The notes below the pieces were generated by a model that saw nothing but the letters and a program-made list of their open reading frames with translations, searched no databases and was not told the DNA's origin. Of a stretch of DNA of 56,806 bases, positions 27,479-37,282 are shown piece after piece. The stretch is from positions 1-56,806 of the IMG/VR virus record IMGVR_UViG_3300017989_000017; one strand, 5' to 3'. Source of the stretch: a virus. Its lineage: Duplodnaviria; Caudoviricetes. A program made the translations under genes and the position numbers. Every line of letters starts with the position of its first letter. Positions within the stretch are counted from its first letter, which is position 1.

Positions 27479-27907
27479 ATGAGGGTCGTAGTTGACACGC
27501 GGGAGCAGAGCCCGTGGACGTTCGAGGGGCAGTCGATCGAGACGGTGAGGTCCAAGCTGGACACCGGCGACTACTCCGTCGAGGGGCTGACGAATCGAGT
27601 CACGATCGAGCGCAAGTCGCTCGCCGACTGGACGGGGACGGTGCTGCGTGACCGCGCGCGCTTCTACCGCGAGCTGGAGCGCATGCGAGCGTTCGACTTC
27701 CGCTGCGTGATCATCGAGGTCGGCGTGCGCGAGATCATGGAGGGGAACTACCGCTCGGCGGCCAACCCCGCTGCGATCCTCGGGTTCGTCGCGGAGGTCA
27801 GCGTCGGGCAGGCCGTGCCGGTGTACCTGGCCGGCAGCCGAGCCGAGGCTCAGATCCTCGCGGGGCACTTCCTTCGCATGGCCGCGAAAAAGATCGGGAA
27901 TCTCTAG
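27479..27907 (+). CDS. ERCC4/XPF-family nuclease (probable junction resolvase)
   Basis: VVVDTREQ, LDTGDYS, IERKSLAD, RFYRELERM. Confidence 0.9.
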   Translation: MRVVVDTREQSPWTFEGQSIETVRSKLDTGDYSVEGLTNRVTIERKSLADWTGTVLRDRARFYRELERMRAFDFRCVIIEVGVREIMEGNYRSAANPAAILGFVAEVSVGQAVPVYLAGSRAEAQILAGHFLRMAAKKIGNL

Positions 27908-27914
27908 AGGGCCC

Positions 27915-27946
27915 TTGCTCTTCAGCCGGCCTCGTGGCGGTATAAT
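27915..27946 (+). promoter_or_regulatory. Promoter candidate upstream of RecD2
   Basis: Perfect TATAAT at 27941-27946 in a GC-rich genome; the -35 (TTGCTC) is spaced 20 bp, which is atypical. Confidence 0.45.
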
Positions 27947-28022
27947 GTTTACCTGTCAGGGCGAAGGGCCTCCAGCGCGGAGGCCGCCCCGGCGGTGACA
28001 AACGATTCCCCACGAGGACGCG

Positions 28023-30281
28023 ATGAGCCACACCGAGACGCTGCACGGAGTCGTGCGGCGAGTGTTCTTCTGCAACCCCGAGAGCCCGTTCACGACGGGC
28101 GTGATCGAAACGAAGGAGCGTGAGGCGAAGTTCGCCGGCAGCTGCGTTGCGCAGGTTGGCGACACGATCACGCTCCACGGCCACTGGACCGAACACCCGA
28201 AGTTCGGTCGGCAGCTTCAGGTCGAGAAGGGCATCGTCAAGATCGACGAGAGCCCGGAGGCGCTCGCGAACCTGCTCGCATCACACGACGCTTTCGCCGG
28301 CATCGGCCCAGCGCGCGCGAAGAAGATCGCCGAGGCAGCGCAGCGAGTCGCTGAGTCCTCCGGCGGCGACCCGACCGACCTCACCTTCGCGATGACCCAC
28401 AAGCCTGAGGTCGTCGCGCAGATCGCCGGCGTGCAACCGGCGCTCGTGATCGAAGCGGCCGAGGAGTGGTCACGACGCAGCGAGTTCTACGGCGCGCTCG
28501 CGCAGCTCACCGAGCAGGGATGGACGCCCGCGCAGGGCGCGAAGATCCTCAAGAAGCTCGGCAACGGTGCGCCGCAGATGGTCGAGGGCGACCCCTACAT
28601 GCTGATCGGGCGAATCGCTCGCTTCGGCTTCAAGACCGTCGACGTCGTCGCGCGGAAGATGGGGATCGCATCCACCGACCCGATGCGCCTGCAGGCCGGC
28701 GTCGCCTACTGCCTGGACAAGATCGCCGAGAACGGCAGCACCTGGACGAGCTACGAGGCGCTGATCACGCAGGCGATGGAGGAGCTGAAGCCCGACACGC
28801 TGGAGGGCGAGAAGAAGATCCGCGAGGCCGCCGACGAGCTGATCACGACGGGGATCATCTACGTCGACGATTCGCCGGTCGGTACACAGGTCGTCGCGAA
28901 CGCGAAGCTCGCGCAGAAGGAGATCAAGGTCTTCGAGCTGATGCTCGCCGGCCTCGGGACGGAGGTCGCGCCGCTCGACTCGACCGAGGACTACGTCGCC
29001 GAGTTCGTCGCCTCGCTCAACGAGGGACAGCGCACCGCGCTGGAGGGCTTCTCGCACCGGCGCTTCTCGGTGGTCAGCGGAGGCGCTGGCGTCGGCAAGA
29101 CCTACACGATGCGCGCCATCTGCGAGGTCGCCGAGTCGAACGGGATGGTCGTCGAGCTGTGCGCTCCAACGGGCAAGGCTGCTCGGAAGCTCTCGCACGC
29201 GACGGAGCGCGAGTCTCGCACGATCCACAGGCTCCTGGAGCCCATCTTCGACGAGGGCGAGTTCAAGTTCACTCGCGGGAAGGACAACCCCGTCGAGGCT
29301 GACCTGGTCGTGGTCGACGAGGTCTCGATGGTCGACGTCCGGCTGATGTGGTCGCTCCTGATGGCGCTGCCGCCGCACTGCAGGCTGCTCCTGGTCGGCG
29401 ACCACCACCAGATCCCCAGCGTCGGACCCGGCGCGATCCTGCGCGACCTACTCGCCGCCCAGGCGAAGTACCCCGAGGCGGTGCACATCCTCTCCGAGGT
29501 CGTCCGCCAGGCCGGCGTGCTCGCGCGAAACACGACCGCGCTGCTGCACGGCGTCGTCGTCAAGGAGCAGAGCGAAGCCTGGGGGATCATGGAGACCGAG
29601 CGCGGGCACGTCGAAGGCTCGCCGGCGATGGTCGCGATGGCGGTCGAGTCGCTCTTGACCGCCGGACCGACCGAGCCTTTCAACCGCGACCTCGACTTCG
29701 CCTGGGACATCCAGGTGCTCGCGCCACAACGCAAGGGGCCGTTCGGAACCTACGCGCTGAACGTCGCGCTGCAGAAGCTCCGTCAGCGTCTGCTCGGCAA
29801 CCCGCCGCCCGAGGAGACGCCGGAGGGGAAAGCGCCGAAGCCGCTGGTCGGCGACCGCGTCATCTGGACGAAGAACGACTACCAGCTCGACCTCCTCAAC
29901 GGCACGCAGGCGATCGTGATGCAGCTGCTCAAGGGTGGGGCGATGAAGCTCTACACCGAAGACGGTCGCGAGGTGACGGTGCCGCCCGAGAAGCGACTGA
30001 ACGTCGAGGTCGCCTACGCGATGACGATTCACAAGTCGCAGGGGTCGGAGTGGCCGTGCGTCATGCTCATCGCGAGCAGCTCGCACTGGCACATGCACGA
30101 CCGCAACCTCCTCTACACCGGCGCGTCGCGCGCAGCGGAAGGGCTCACGATCATCGGCGACCGCACGGCGATGTCGAACTTTGCGAAGCAACAGAAGAGT
30201 GCCGCCCGCTGCACCTTCGGTGGCTTCCTGATCCACGGCTGGCGCTCGCAACAGAGCATCGAAAACGAGGTGTCCGCGTGA
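28023..30281 (+). CDS. recD2: RecD2-like SF1B helicase
   Basis: HPKFGRQ, GIGPARAKKI HhH, GGAGVGKT, CAPTGKAA, TIHRLL, VDEVSM, LVGD..Q..SVGPG, AYAMTIHKSQGSE, LLYTG.SRA. Confidence 0.92.
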   Translation: MSHTETLHGVVRRVFFCNPESPFTTGVIETKEREAKFAGSCVAQVGDTITLHGHWTEHPKFGRQLQVEKGIVKIDESPEALANLLASHDAFAGIGPARAKKIAEAAQRVAESSGGDPTDLTFAMTHKPEVVAQIAGVQPALVIEAAEEWSRRSEFYGALAQLTEQGWTPAQGAKILKKLGNGAPQMVEGDPYMLIGRIARFGFKTVDVVARKMGIASTDPMRLQAGVAYCLDKIAENGSTWTSYEALITQAMEELKPDTLEGEKKIREAADELITTGIIYVDDSPVGTQVVANAKLAQKEIKVFELMLAGLGTEVAPLDSTEDYVAEFVASLNEGQRTALEGFSHRRFSVVSGGAGVGKTYTMRAICEVAESNGMVVELCAPTGKAARKLSHATERESRTIHRLLEPIFDEGEFKFTRGKDNPVEADLVVVDEVSMVDVRLMWSLLMALPPHCRLLLVGDHHQIPSVGPGAILRDLLAAQAKYPEAVHILSEVVRQAGVLARNTTALLHGVVVKEQSEAWGIMETERGHVEGSPAMVAMAVESLLTAGPTEPFNRDLDFAWDIQVLAPQRKGPFGTYALNVALQKLRQRLLGNPPPEETPEGKAPKPLVGDRVIWTKNDYQLDLLNGTQAIVMQLLKGGAMKLYTEDGREVTVPPEKRLNVEVAYAMTIHKSQGSEWPCVMLIASSSHWHMHDRNLLYTGASRAAEGLTIIGDRTAMSNFAKQQKSAARCTFGGFLIHGWRSQQSIENEVSA

Positions 30282-30955
30282 TCGTCATGCCCGCCAACAG
30301 TACCGGCTGGCGCGTGAGTTGGCTGCAAGGCCGCTTCGGCGGTCTCGGCCATCTGTTCTCGCCAGGCGCGCAGCGAGGCCCCTATCCGCACATGCCGTAC
30401 GCACTCGACAACGGTGCGTTCCCTGCATTCACGAACGGCGTCGAGTGGCGCGAGGAGGCTTTCGTTGACCTGCTTCGCTGGGCCAGCCAGAACCCTGTTT
30501 CTCCTCGATGGGTGGTGGTCCCTGACGTGGTCGGCGAGGCCGAGCGCACGCTGGTCGAGTGGGCCAGGTGGGCGAGGAAGATCAGCGGCGACTACGGCTT
30601 CCGCATCGCGCTCGCTGTGCAGGACGGCATGGGCATCAAGGCGATCTCACAGCTACGCCCCCAGCCCGACGTCATCTTCGTGGGCGGCACAACGGAGTGG
30701 AAGCGAAAGACGATCCGCAAGTGGTGCAGGGAGTTCCCGCGCGTCCACGTCGGGCGCGTGAACACGAAACACTGGCTGTGGGAGTGCCATCACGCAGGCG
30801 CCGAATCGGTAGACGGGACCGGGTGGTTTCGGGGCGACCCGAAACAGCTCGCCGACCTCACGGACTACCTGCGCGAGAACGCGACCCAACAGCCGCTCAT
30901 GGTCCCCGATTGGCGCGACCTGTCTTCTACCCCCTTGCTCGACTTCCCCTCATGA
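30278..30955 (+). CDS. DpdA/TGT-like DNA deazaguanine transglycosylase candidate
   Basis: YALDNGAF, PDVVG, QDG, FVGG, HVGRVN, ESVDGT motifs resemble TGT-fold DpdA proteins; coupled to a QueE-like gene. Confidence 0.6.
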   Translation: MIVMPANSTGWRVSWLQGRFGGLGHLFSPGAQRGPYPHMPYALDNGAFPAFTNGVEWREEAFVDLLRWASQNPVSPRWVVVPDVVGEAERTLVEWARWARKISGDYGFRIALAVQDGMGIKAISQLRPQPDVIFVGGTTEWKRKTIRKWCREFPRVHVGRVNTKHWLWECHHAGAESVDGTGWFRGDPKQLADLTDYLRENATQQPLMVPDWRDLSSTPLLDFPS

Positions 30956-31569
30956 AGGTTCACAGCACTTTTCTCACTGCCCAGGGCACTGGGCACCTCA
31001 CCGGACTTGAGCAGTTCTTCGTTCGTACCGCAGGGTGCTCGATCACGACCTGCCCCCTTCGACGGGTATGCGACGAGCCGGAAGCGCTCACCATTCGCAA
31101 TGCCGACGACGTTGAACCAGAGGCGCTCGCCGACGCCGCCCTCGCGGCCGTTGGGCCCGGCGGCTGGCTGCACATCACGGGTGGCGAGCCGATGGATCAG
31201 GCCGACGAGGTCGGTCGGCTTACAACCGAGGCTCGCGACCGTGGCCTGTTCGTCCACATGCAGACGTCCGGGCTTCGGCCAGTCGACTTCGCGTTCGACT
31301 GGCTCACGGTCTCGCCCAAGGGCGAGTTGGCGCAGACCTTCGGTCAGGAACTTGTCGTCGTCTATCGCGGGCAGCGAGCCGACGAACTCGCGGCGCTAAT
31401 GTCGGACACGTCGTTCTTCTACTACTACCTCCAGCCGGAGTGGGGACAGTCAGCTGATTCGGTCCTGCGGATGATCCGACACATGAACACGTCCCATCGT
31501 TCGCCGCACCACAACGGGCGACGGTGGATGCTCGGCATTCAAGCCCACAAGCACCTCGGAATTGAGTAA
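30952..31569 (+). CDS. queE: QueE-like radical SAM enzyme (7-carboxy-7-deazaguanine synthase family), atypical
   Basis: F.T.QG.G..TG...FVR.AGC, ITGGEP, DWLTVSPK, YLQPE, W.L..QAHK.LGI. Confidence 0.8.
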   Translation: MKVHSTFLTAQGTGHLTGLEQFFVRTAGCSITTCPLRRVCDEPEALTIRNADDVEPEALADAALAAVGPGGWLHITGGEPMDQADEVGRLTTEARDRGLFVHMQTSGLRPVDFAFDWLTVSPKGELAQTFGQELVVVYRGQRADELAALMSDTSFFYYYLQPEWGQSADSVLRMIRHMNTSHRSPHHNGRRWMLGIQAHKHLGIE

Positions 31570-31602
31570 CCCACCACCATCAACCGCAGAGGATCCAGGT
31601 CG

Positions 31603-34600
31603 ATGACCACAGCGAAACGAGAGTCGATCTATGAACGCCTACGTCCACACCTCAACGCCGAAGACCTCATCGCTCGACTCGGCATCGAGCACGTTCGAAC
31701 GCTCGGGAGCGAGGCTTACTGCAAGCCGCTCTGCCACGAGTCGTCCTCCGGCGAGTCGCTGCAGATCAACACCCACACCGGAAGGTGGAACTGCAAGGCG
31801 TGCCAGCACTCCGGGGTCTACGGCGACCTCGTGCAGCTCGTCGAGTACGTGCAGACCGGCGGCCAGCCGCCGCACCGAGGCCCCGACCAGGGGCGCAGCG
31901 AGACGCACCGGGCCGCGCTCGCTTGGCTCTGCCAGCAGTACGGCCTGCCCTTCGACGAGCGGCAGGTGCGCAGCGACGCGGGGCTCGACGTCGTCCACAT
32001 GGTCGCGATGCAGGCGCACGAGAACCTGCTCGCCGACGAGGAGACCCTCGCCTGGGTCCAGGAGAAGTGGGGCTTCGACCGCGCGACGGTCGAGCAGTAC
32101 GGGCTCGGCTACCTGCCGACGCCGCTGCTCCCCTCCGTCCTGAACGAAGCGGCGCGACCCGAAGCGCGCGGAGCCTTCAAGTCGTCGGGGCTCGGGTGGT
32201 ACGGCGCGAACAACTGGTGGCACACGCGGTTCGAGGGACGCGTCACGTTCCCCTACCTCGAACACGGCAAGGCGGTCTACTTGATCGGTCGCGCGACGCC
32301 GTGGACGCCCGCACCCGAAGCGGGGCGCCAAGCTCCGAAGTACCACAAGCTCTCGGTCCACTCCGAGCAGCGACCGTGGATCTCCGAGAGCGTCACGAAC
32401 GACCACCTCTACAACGAGCCGGTGATGTCGAGCGCTTCCGAGATCGGCATCGTCGAGGGTGTCGCTGACGCCGTTGCGCTCTCTGCCCTCGGTGTCCCCG
32501 TCGTCTCGCCGGTGACGATCAACTTCAACGCCGCCGACGAGGAGCGCTTCCTGCGGAAGTGCAAGGACAACGAGATCAAGTCGGTCTGGATCCTCTTCGA
32601 CAACGAGCTATCCGGCTCGGGCAACTGGGGAGCCAGGCGCACCGCGCTCAAGTTGATCCGCGGCGGGCTCTGCGTGAAGATCGTCACTCTTCCACTGGGG
32701 CCCGAGCAGCGCGCGGCGCGCGACGAGGTGCTGGCGAAGCTCGGAGCCGATCGCTTCGAGGAGCTGGAGCGAAGCGACCCGCGCGAGCGTTCACTGATCA
32801 TCGCCGAGGCCGGCGAAGCGTGGACGAAGGAAGAGCACGAGTGGATCGAGGCCCAGATCGAAGCCACGAAGATCGACGCCGCCGAATGGTGCGCGCAGGT
32901 CGGAGCGGGCGCGGCAGGGAAGTTCGACACCCTGCGGCGCGACGGGCAGGACGTGATCGCGCTGGAGATCGCGGACGTCGAAGTCGACGAAGACGCTGGC
33001 GCGGTCGAGCGCATCGGCGCCTTCGGCGAGGTGATCAAACTCATCGCCCACGTCGACGAGAGCCTGATGCGCCAGGAGTACTCCGGGCTCGTCGCTGCCG
33101 CCGCCGGCAAGGGCGTCTCGAAGGCCGAGGTGAACAAGCGGGTCTCGCGCTACCGCAAGGAGGTCTTGCAACCCGAGCGCAAGGAGGCCGAGAGGAAGAT
33201 GAAGGCGAGTGCCGCCGAGCTGGAGCGGGGACTGGTGGTGCTGCCGCCGGACCAGGGGCATGCGCAGCCCGCCGCTCCGACTGCGCCCGAGCAGCCTCAG
33301 CTGCAGGACGACCGCCCCGATGCTCCCGCTGCACCGTCTGCGCCGAAGCCTCCCGAGCTGACCGAACACGAGCGCTACCGGACGTGCCGTGAGGCGGTCG
33401 CTCGCGCGATCGAGGGAAAGCTCTCCGAGGAGGCGGTCGGGCAGTACGTCGCGCAGACGATCCTGGAGTCGATGGGCTTCACAGCCTTCCGCACCGCCGA
33501 CGACCTCTACCTGATCCGCGGCAACGAGCGCGTCCCGATGGGACGCAACTCTCCGACGCAGCTATTCAGCGACCTGCTCTACGTGTCCGGCGGGCTTACG
33601 AACAGGAAGACGTCGCACCGCGCCTACATCGCGGCGGTGATGTACTTCCTCGGGAAGGACGCCCGGCGAGTCCTCGACGTTTCCTGGTCGCACGTCAACG
33701 ACGAGGGCGTGGTGCACTTCCCGCTTGGCGACACCTTCGGTCGGATCCTTCGGATCTCACCGGGCGAAGTCGAGCTGATGCGCATGGCCGAGCTACAGGT
33801 CCCCGCCGTCGCCGGCGCAGAGTTCCAGCCTATCGAGTACGTCGAGAGCGGTGGCGGGATCGACGAGGCCCTCCGGGTCTTCGAGTGGGTCTCCCTGTCG
33901 CGCGGCGACCGGATGCTCCTGATCTACTGGCTGGTCTGCCTGCCGATCCTCCGGCGGGTCGGTACCATCCCGATCGTTCGGATCGAGGGCGGCAGCGCGA
34001 GCGGGAAGACGCGCGCGGTCGACGCGGTGTCCTTCCTCGTGAACGGGCAGAAGTCGTCGAGTGTCCCGACGGCGTCGGCGCTGACCTCACGGCTCTCCGC
34101 GAACATGCTGACGATCGACGACAACCGGGAGTCCGGCGACGTCTCGCCTTCGTTCCTCGGGACGATGCTGCAGGCGACGAACCTGGGCGCTCGCGAGAAG
34201 CGCCGGGCGAACACCGACACCGGCACCGTCGTCGAGCGCGTCTGCGGGGCCCTGCTCATGAACGGCATCGAGCCGATCCACGACGGGAAGTCGGAGCTGG
34301 CCTCGCGGATCCTGACGCTGCGCGCGGCGCGCGGGTACCGGGCGCCCGACTCCCCCTCCTCTGAGGCGAAGCTCGCCGCCGGCATCCGCTCCTGCAGGTC
34401 GGCCTTCTGGTCGGACGCCGCCCGGCGCTGCGCGGCGGCGCTCGCGCTCGACGAGGTCCACGGCGAGGCGCTCGGCGAGGAGATCGAGGAGCTGTTCGGC
34501 TCGACGAAGATCGGGCGGCTCGCCGCCTACCTGCGCCTGATGTACCTGGCCTGGGTCGCCGGCATCCCCGACGAGGAGCGGCAGGCGATCGCGCTCACCG

Positions 34601-35076
34601 AGCTGGCCGGGCCCTGGCGGGAGGCGTTCGGCCGCGTCGCGGGCGGCTCGCTCTCCTCGCTGCTCGCCGAGGAGCTGTCGGTGACGGCGCTCCGGTACGT
34701 CTTCGCCTACGGCATCGAGAACGCCCGGCCGGCCTACGACGGCGCGAGCACCATGCGCTCCTTCGACGGGAAGCTCACGCTCGACCCCGAGGCTGGCCTG
34801 GCCTACCTCGGGCCGCTGTCCGCGCGCCACCTCGCGCGGCTGGTCCGGCTCGCCGCGAAGGAGATGAACGGCCCCCAGGCGCTCTCGGGCTCGCTGCGGG
34901 CGGGGCAGCTGGAGGAGCGGCTCGTCGACGGCCGGGGCTTCATCGAGGCCGACGGGATGGCCGTGGTCATCGAGACGACCGGCCGCGGGCGGCGGCGGTT
35001 CAGCTTCAGCCGCCCGCTGAAGGACTCCGAGGGCCCTGGGACGCCCCCGCGCCCCGAGGAGGGCTGGACCCCGTAG
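31603..35076 (+). CDS. DnaG-type primase (Zn finger + TOPRIM) fused to a P-loop NTPase/helicase
   Basis: CKPLCHE...WNCKAC, RFEGRVTFP, IGR, PKY, VEGVADA, LFDNE.SG; C-terminal GGSASGKT and LTIDDN. Confidence 0.85.
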   Translation: MTTAKRESIYERLRPHLNAEDLIARLGIEHVRTLGSEAYCKPLCHESSSGESLQINTHTGRWNCKACQHSGVYGDLVQLVEYVQTGGQPPHRGPDQGRSETHRAALAWLCQQYGLPFDERQVRSDAGLDVVHMVAMQAHENLLADEETLAWVQEKWGFDRATVEQYGLGYLPTPLLPSVLNEAARPEARGAFKSSGLGWYGANNWWHTRFEGRVTFPYLEHGKAVYLIGRATPWTPAPEAGRQAPKYHKLSVHSEQRPWISESVTNDHLYNEPVMSSASEIGIVEGVADAVALSALGVPVVSPVTINFNAADEERFLRKCKDNEIKSVWILFDNELSGSGNWGARRTALKLIRGGLCVKIVTLPLGPEQRAARDEVLAKLGADRFEELERSDPRERSLIIAEAGEAWTKEEHEWIEAQIEATKIDAAEWCAQVGAGAAGKFDTLRRDGQDVIALEIADVEVDEDAGAVERIGAFGEVIKLIAHVDESLMRQEYSGLVAAAAGKGVSKAEVNKRVSRYRKEVLQPERKEAERKMKASAAELERGLVVLPPDQGHAQPAAPTAPEQPQLQDDRPDAPAAPSAPKPPELTEHERYRTCREAVARAIEGKLSEEAVGQYVAQTILESMGFTAFRTADDLYLIRGNERVPMGRNSPTQLFSDLLYVSGGLTNRKTSHRAYIAAVMYFLGKDARRVLDVSWSHVNDEGVVHFPLGDTFGRILRISPGEVELMRMAELQVPAVAGAEFQPIEYVESGGGIDEALRVFEWVSLSRGDRMLLIYWLVCLPILRRVGTIPIVRIEGGSASGKTRAVDAVSFLVNGQKSSSVPTASALTSRLSANMLTIDDNRESGDVSPSFLGTMLQATNLGAREKRRANTDTGTVVERVCGALLMNGIEPIHDGKSELASRILTLRAARGYRAPDSPSSEAKLAAGIRSCRSAFWSDAARRCAAALALDEVHGEALGEEIEELFGSTKIGRLAAYLRLMYLAWVAGIPDEERQAIALTELAGPWREAFGRVAGGSLSSLLAEELSVTALRYVFAYGIENARPAYDGASTMRSFDGKLTLDPEAGLAYLGPLSARHLARLVRLAAKEMNGPQALSGSLRAGQLEERLVDGRGFIEADGMAVVIETTGRGRRRFSFSRPLKDSEGPGTPPRPEEGWTP

Positions 35077-35571
35077 GAGCCGCTGTACGGCCCCGTGTTC
35101 GCTCCGGCGCCTCGCAGGTCTCCCAGGGCCTGCGGGGCGCTCTGCGTTCGGCGTGGCGCGCGCCGCAGCCCAGGGGCGCGCGAGGGGAGGGAGCGAGGAG
35201 GGGAGAGGGGATGGGGCACCGGCAGGGGAGAGGGCCCCCTCGACAGGTGAGTTGAAAAATCGAATCCAGTAAAGGAGCGACGCCAAACGCGGGCACAGGT
35301 GCTTAGGGCTGCCCGTGACGCGCACCCGCACGCCCGCACGCGTATACACAGGCCCCTATGCACGGCGCGAGCGTTTTCTCTCTTCTCCTCTACATTCTCG
35401 TTTTCGTTCCATCTCCCTCCTCGGAGCCCCTCCTCCTCCGTCTCCGGTGCGGCACCCTCTGGCGAGGGATTCTGGGTTCCCGCTTGCGTCTGCCGGCGCC
35501 CGATGCCACGGTCCTTTTCGTCGCCGCGAAATCCGTCGCGGCTGCATCGAGAAAAACCGAGAGGAAGAAAA

Positions 35572-35877
35572 ATGTCGAAGACCTACAGTCAGGGGCAGCA
35601 GATCGTGGACAACCTGGAGATCGTCAACTCGAAGAGCGTGGGTGAGGCCCCGCTCTACTACGCCTGCATCTTCGTCTCCGGCGAGACCCCGGGCGAGAAG
35701 GAGTCGCGGCACGCGCTCCTGCAGGGCGGGCTGTCCGACGGCGAGGTGCTCCGGGTCGTCTTCTCGTCCCGCCGCGTCCGCGACCTCGCCGGCGAGGTCA
35801 ACGCTCGCCTGGTGAAGGCGATCCGCGGCGAGGCGAGCGGCACCACCACGCAGGAGAGCGCGGGGGCGGCGCAGTGA
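35572..35877 (+). CDS. Hypothetical protein
   Basis: ATG after gagagg RBS; 101 aa. Confidence 0.6.
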   Translation: MSKTYSQGQQIVDNLEIVNSKSVGEAPLYYACIFVSGETPGEKESRHALLQGGLSDGEVLRVVFSSRRVRDLAGEVNARLVKAIRGEASGTTTQESAGAAQ

Positions 35878-37145
35878 CGGGGTCGGGGCCGATGACCGTC
35901 GTTGGGCTGCACGTCGACGCCTACAAGCGGCTGCGCGCCGCGGAGCTGCACCCCTCGCCGACCGGGCTCATCCCGGTGCGCGGGCGGAACGGCGCGGGCA
36001 AGTCGTCGCTCATCGGCGCGATGCTGGAGGCGCTCGGTGCCGAGAAGGCCGAGCTGCCGATTACCGAGGGTCAGCACGCCGGTGAGGTCGTGCTCGACCT
36101 TGGCGAGCTGGTCGTGCGGAAGAAGTTCACGCGCGACGCGAGCGGGAAGGCGAAGGCCGCGCTCTCGATCACCGGCGCGGACGGCGGGAAGGTCTCGTCG
36201 CCGGCGTCGGTGCTCAAGGAGCTGCGCGGTCGCTTCGCCGACCCGGTCGCGTTTCTCGACCAGAAGCCCGAGGACCAGGTGAAGACCGTGGTCGATGTGC
36301 TCGGGGTCGGGGAGACGCTGGCCGAGCTGGAGGCGCAGGCGCTCGCGATCTTCGAGGAGCGCCGCGAGTTGGGGCGCGAGCACAAGCGGCTGGAGGCGAT
36401 CGTCTCGGCCACGTCGGTGCCGCCCGATCCGCCCGAGGGTCTTCGTTCGTACGCCGACGTGAGCGCGGACCTAAGGCGTGCCGAGCTTGTGAACGACGAG
36501 TACGACGCGCTTGTCACCCGTCGTGACTCTGCCGAGAGGGATGGCAAGGGCCTGGCCGCTCGCATCGAGCGAGCGAAGCTGGAGCTGGCCGACCTCGAAG
36601 AGCAGCGGGCCGAGCGAGAAGTCGAGTGGAGGGACGCGGCGCAGGCGTTGGTCGGCCGCGAGCGCATCGACACCGCCGAGTTGCACGCCGAGCTGCAGCG
36701 TGCATCGGAGGAGCGCGCATTCGCTGTCGCTCGCGACCAGTACGTCACGATCACCGAGGAGCGCAACGAGGCGGCACGCGCGCACGACGTCGCGAACGCT
36801 GCGCTCGGCGAGAAGCGCAGCGAGATCTCCACGTTGCTCGCCGGCGTCGAGATGCCCGTCGACGGCATGGCCTACCACCCCGACGACGGGCTGACGATCA
36901 ACGGCATCCCGTTCTCGCAGGCGTCGCAGGGCGAGCGGCTTCGTGCCGCCGCCGGCGTCGCGATGGCGGGCTCGCCGAGCATCCGCGTCCTCTTCGTCAA
37001 GGAGGGCTCGCTGCTCGACGACGAAGCACGCCAGGTGCTCGCCGAAGCCGCCGCCGAGAAGGGCTTCCAACTCTGGATGGAGATCGTCGACTCGGACGCC
37101 GAAGGCGCGGGCGTGTGGATCGAGGACGGCGAGGCGAGCGAGTGA
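35874..37145 (+). CDS. SMC/Rad50-like coiled-coil ATPase
   Basis: GRNGAGKSS Walker A, long coiled coil, SQGE signature, LFVKEGSLLD Walker B region. Confidence 0.85.
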   Translation: MTGSGPMTVVGLHVDAYKRLRAAELHPSPTGLIPVRGRNGAGKSSLIGAMLEALGAEKAELPITEGQHAGEVVLDLGELVVRKKFTRDASGKAKAALSITGADGGKVSSPASVLKELRGRFADPVAFLDQKPEDQVKTVVDVLGVGETLAELEAQALAIFEERRELGREHKRLEAIVSATSVPPDPPEGLRSYADVSADLRRAELVNDEYDALVTRRDSAERDGKGLAARIERAKLELADLEEQRAEREVEWRDAAQALVGRERIDTAELHAELQRASEERAFAVARDQYVTITEERNEAARAHDVANAALGEKRSEISTLLAGVEMPVDGMAYHPDDGLTINGIPFSQASQGERLRAAAGVAMAGSPSIRVLFVKEGSLLDDEARQVLAEAAAEKGFQLWMEIVDSDAEGAGVWIEDGEASE

Positions 37146-37282
37146 AGCTCGTGCGCGTAACCAGGCTGGCCTTCGAGGCGCTCTGGCTGTTCGCGTTGTA
37201 CGTGTTCACCATCCCGTTCGACCTCATGCTGCGATGGGTCGAGCGCGGAGAACGAAAACGTCGAGGACGGAGACGCAGATGA
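37142..37282 (+). CDS. Small membrane protein
   Basis: One TM helix and a basic tail; GTGA/ATGA coupling. Confidence 0.45.
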   Translation: MKLVRVTRLAFEALWLFALYVFTIPFDLMLRWVERGERKRRGRRRR

